Source: Anthoceros angustus (taxonomy: Eukaryota; Plantae; Anthocerotophyta). Taken from it: DNA of 64,000 nucleotides. Within the stretch, counting starts at the first letter, position 1; each line of letters starts with the position of its first letter. The notes under the pieces were generated by a model, which did no database searches, was not told the DNA's origin, and saw only the letters and a program-made list of their open reading frames with translations. Position numbers and translations under genes: made by a program. The stretch is taken from contig MU008178.1 of NCBI GenBank assembly GCA_010909165.1, forward strand, positions 6,961 to 70,960. The letters run 5' to 3'. Positions 61,462 to 64,000 of this stretch are shown piece after piece.

Positions 61462-63499
61462 AGATGTGTGACTGTTGTATAACATCCGTGTACTATAGTG
61501 GTTTCATGAAGGTCGTGGTCCATTTTTTTCTGCAGCGCGCAGACTCTAGTCAGGTATTGGTTCATCCTTAGTCAGGTATTAGTGCATCCTTATTTCAACG
61601 GTCTTCCCAAACATTTGGGCAAATATCAAATTGTGTAAGTTAAACGATTATTGAAGAAAAACGGAAGAAGAGTTTCCGGATCACACATAATTCCTTGGCT
61701 TGGCAAGTATTCAAGTTCAGTCGTCCATGGCAGTTGAGTTTGACTGTCTGCATGGCATTCGGAAGAATCGTGCAAGGCATTTGACAGAACCGTGCAACAG
61801 CCTCCGGTTGTCTTAATCCCTATTACGCGTTTATGGATTGTAACATATCTTAAATTAGGTCCTCCCATTAGAACTCCATACTTGAGCATCTTCGGCTGGA
61901 ACTCCACAGTTAAGAATCCTTCGGACGGTGCTTAAATGGGGTGTCCCCTGGGGATTGTCCCAGCATCCTCGGGGATTGTCCCCTGGGGACTCTCTCCCGC
62001 TTTTGTACCTTTTTTTTTTATCTCCTCCCTTTAAGGCACGGGCCTTTGCGAGTGGGCTCAAAAGCGCGAGAGTCTCCTCTTCTTAATGGTAATAGTAATG
62101 AAGTAACCCCAGGTCAACAGTCCTTGTGCGGGACATCAATATAATGCGGGAGCCACCGGTTTTGGACGCCCTAATATCAAATAATTATTTTTTTGAAGAA
62201 TGAAATGTCAGCAGGTATGAGTTCATAGTTTTAGTTTTTAACAAAATAAATAAATTTCATATTTAAAAATATAAAATAAATAGGATAATATACCTTCTTA
62301 TATAATTTTATAATACCTCAGAAATCATGAAAAAACAGAAAAGACCATAAAAATATTATAATAGGGCTGCACACACTGGTTCTCAAAGTAGAAAACAAAA
62401 GGCCAAAGGCTAACCGCCTAATGGCGTCTCCTGGCAACTATCATGGAAACCCCAAGGGAGCTACTCCTGCTGTTGCATCTTATGCCGCCTTTCTCATTGT
62501 AGGAGCCCGAGCTACAACAAAGCTTGCAAACCTTTGCAGCAACAGCATCTTTGCAGCAGCTGCTCTATGTGTTGCAAAAAAAATTTTAAACTCGATTGAA
62601 AAATATATCTTAAATTTATGCTACGAATCTATCGTGGGAGATTAACCTCTTGACGTCGTTTGCCTCTTTAACACCGGTTGACCGACAGCTCAAAATGGGA
62701 TTTTAAACTCCACGATCTTGAATGGAAAATTTTGTGGTGCATAAAAATTAGCGACTCGCCCTGCGGAATGTTGATGACCTCAAGATGGTGCCCTCCCTCT
62801 CGGCGTTCGACTCCTATTCGGTAAAGAAACGGGGAGAGAAGTTTAAGAAGCGGCTGGGGCCATAGTTTTTTAGAAGCTAGAGGCTTGGAAAAGAATTGTT
62901 TTATTGCTATCGTGAAAACTCCTTATATACAAGTTTGATCGGTGGTTGAACCGTCTTAACTAACGTAACAGTTTACTTACAACCGTAGAAACTACTTATG
63001 TTGCCCTAAGCTGAACCGTGCCCTAAACTCATTACTACTCCTTTCCGTCGGCGCATCAAGGTGGTAACAACACTCCCCCTCGCCGCGGACAAGGAGTGTG
63101 TAAGGGAAAACCTCAGTCTCCAGAAGATGGCATCCTTGGTGCATGCTTGCATACAATTCTTGCTGTGCGTTCTCTCCGATCATGGTGGCTCTGCGAGTTA
63201 CATCATCCATTTCATGTGAGGTGAAAAGTGGAAGTCTCGGCGGGTTAAAGTGCGGGCGAAATTGCCGAGGAGGCGGCGTGGAGCTGGCGCTATGCCTAAT
63301 CACGCGCAGGAGGGAAATGCGAGTATCAGTATGGAAAGATTCAAAATTGCCACCTTGCAACCTCTACCGGACGACTGATGATGGCGCAGTCGATGGTGTT
63401 CTTCAAGGTGCAGCTCCCCCTTGATGAGAATCATACACAAGCTCTAGCAATATGTGTTGCATTAACATTCATAATAGAAAGTACATGCCTTTATGTAGG

Positions 63500-64000
63500 C
63501 AAGGTAGTTGTAACCAATAAGTGGTTGTAACTAACCAATTAAATAACTACTAAAAGAAACTACCTAGAGCCCTAAGGACTAAATTAATTATTAAGTCCTA
63601 GGTGCCCTAGTGAAGAGTGCCCTAATAGTAAGCTATTTTATCACTCCCACTCACTATGAACTAGGGGTGATTTTCGACCAAAAAAGAGGTCTAGGAAAAC
63701 TAGTCTAGTAAAAACTAGTCCTAACTAAACTTTACTTAAAGGCATAAAGTAAAACTTAAGGTAAAACTGAAAGTAATAATCACTATTAAAATAACTCCCA
63801 CTTAAGGAGAACGAGATGAGAAACTAATAACTCAACTTCAGAATAGGTGGAATTAAAACTAATTAAAAGTATTTAAGCGGATTTATATATAGGAAAATCC
63901 AGAAAATACCTAATTTCCGAAAAGGAAAATCAAAAGGATAATGGATAATACCCCTTCTTCCTCAAACTTCACGCGCGATCCCGACAACTTGGTGGTTGGT
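63500..64000. mobile_element. Possible LTR-like repeat running off the window end
   Basis: AT-rich, CTAG/CTAA-rich composition resembling the other LTR remnants. No coding signal. Confidence 0.3.

Noticed and set aside
62992-63424. 122-aa and 93-aa ORFs
   Set aside because: No recognisable motif or splice structure, and they lie among repeat-like DNA.

Overview
This is eukaryotic nuclear DNA, most likely from a seed-free land plant (inferred from a chloroplast-targeted BSD2 gene, short GT-AG introns and plant TE families). Three host genes look intact: BSD2 (+, 5566-6380), NAC beta/BTF3 (-, 6924-7832) and an ectodomain-less receptor-like kinase (+, ~59649-61461). A ~50-kb transposon nest lies between them. 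It includes a very young Copia element (identical 183-bp LTRs, CACGG TSD) with extra sense and antisense ORFs, Gypsy and CRE-like remnants, a Penelope-like remnant, and fragments of ATG7, germin, APX and IMP4. The most notable structure is three-level nesting at 29508-47621. The outer layer is a Mutator-like element (~300-bp TIRs, ~9-bp TSD) with a transposase and a convergent RPA70-like OB-fold gene. It is interrupted by a ~14-kb segment bounded by CCTCGT direct repeats, which carries a multi-exon DUF3504/Crypton-type tyrosine recombinase and a divergent multi-exon gene of unknown function. The recombinase is in turn disrupted by a 4-kb non-coding TIR element rich in (CCT)n. All calls come from manual reading and motif recall, with no searches run. 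Some frameshifts may be long-read consensus errors.
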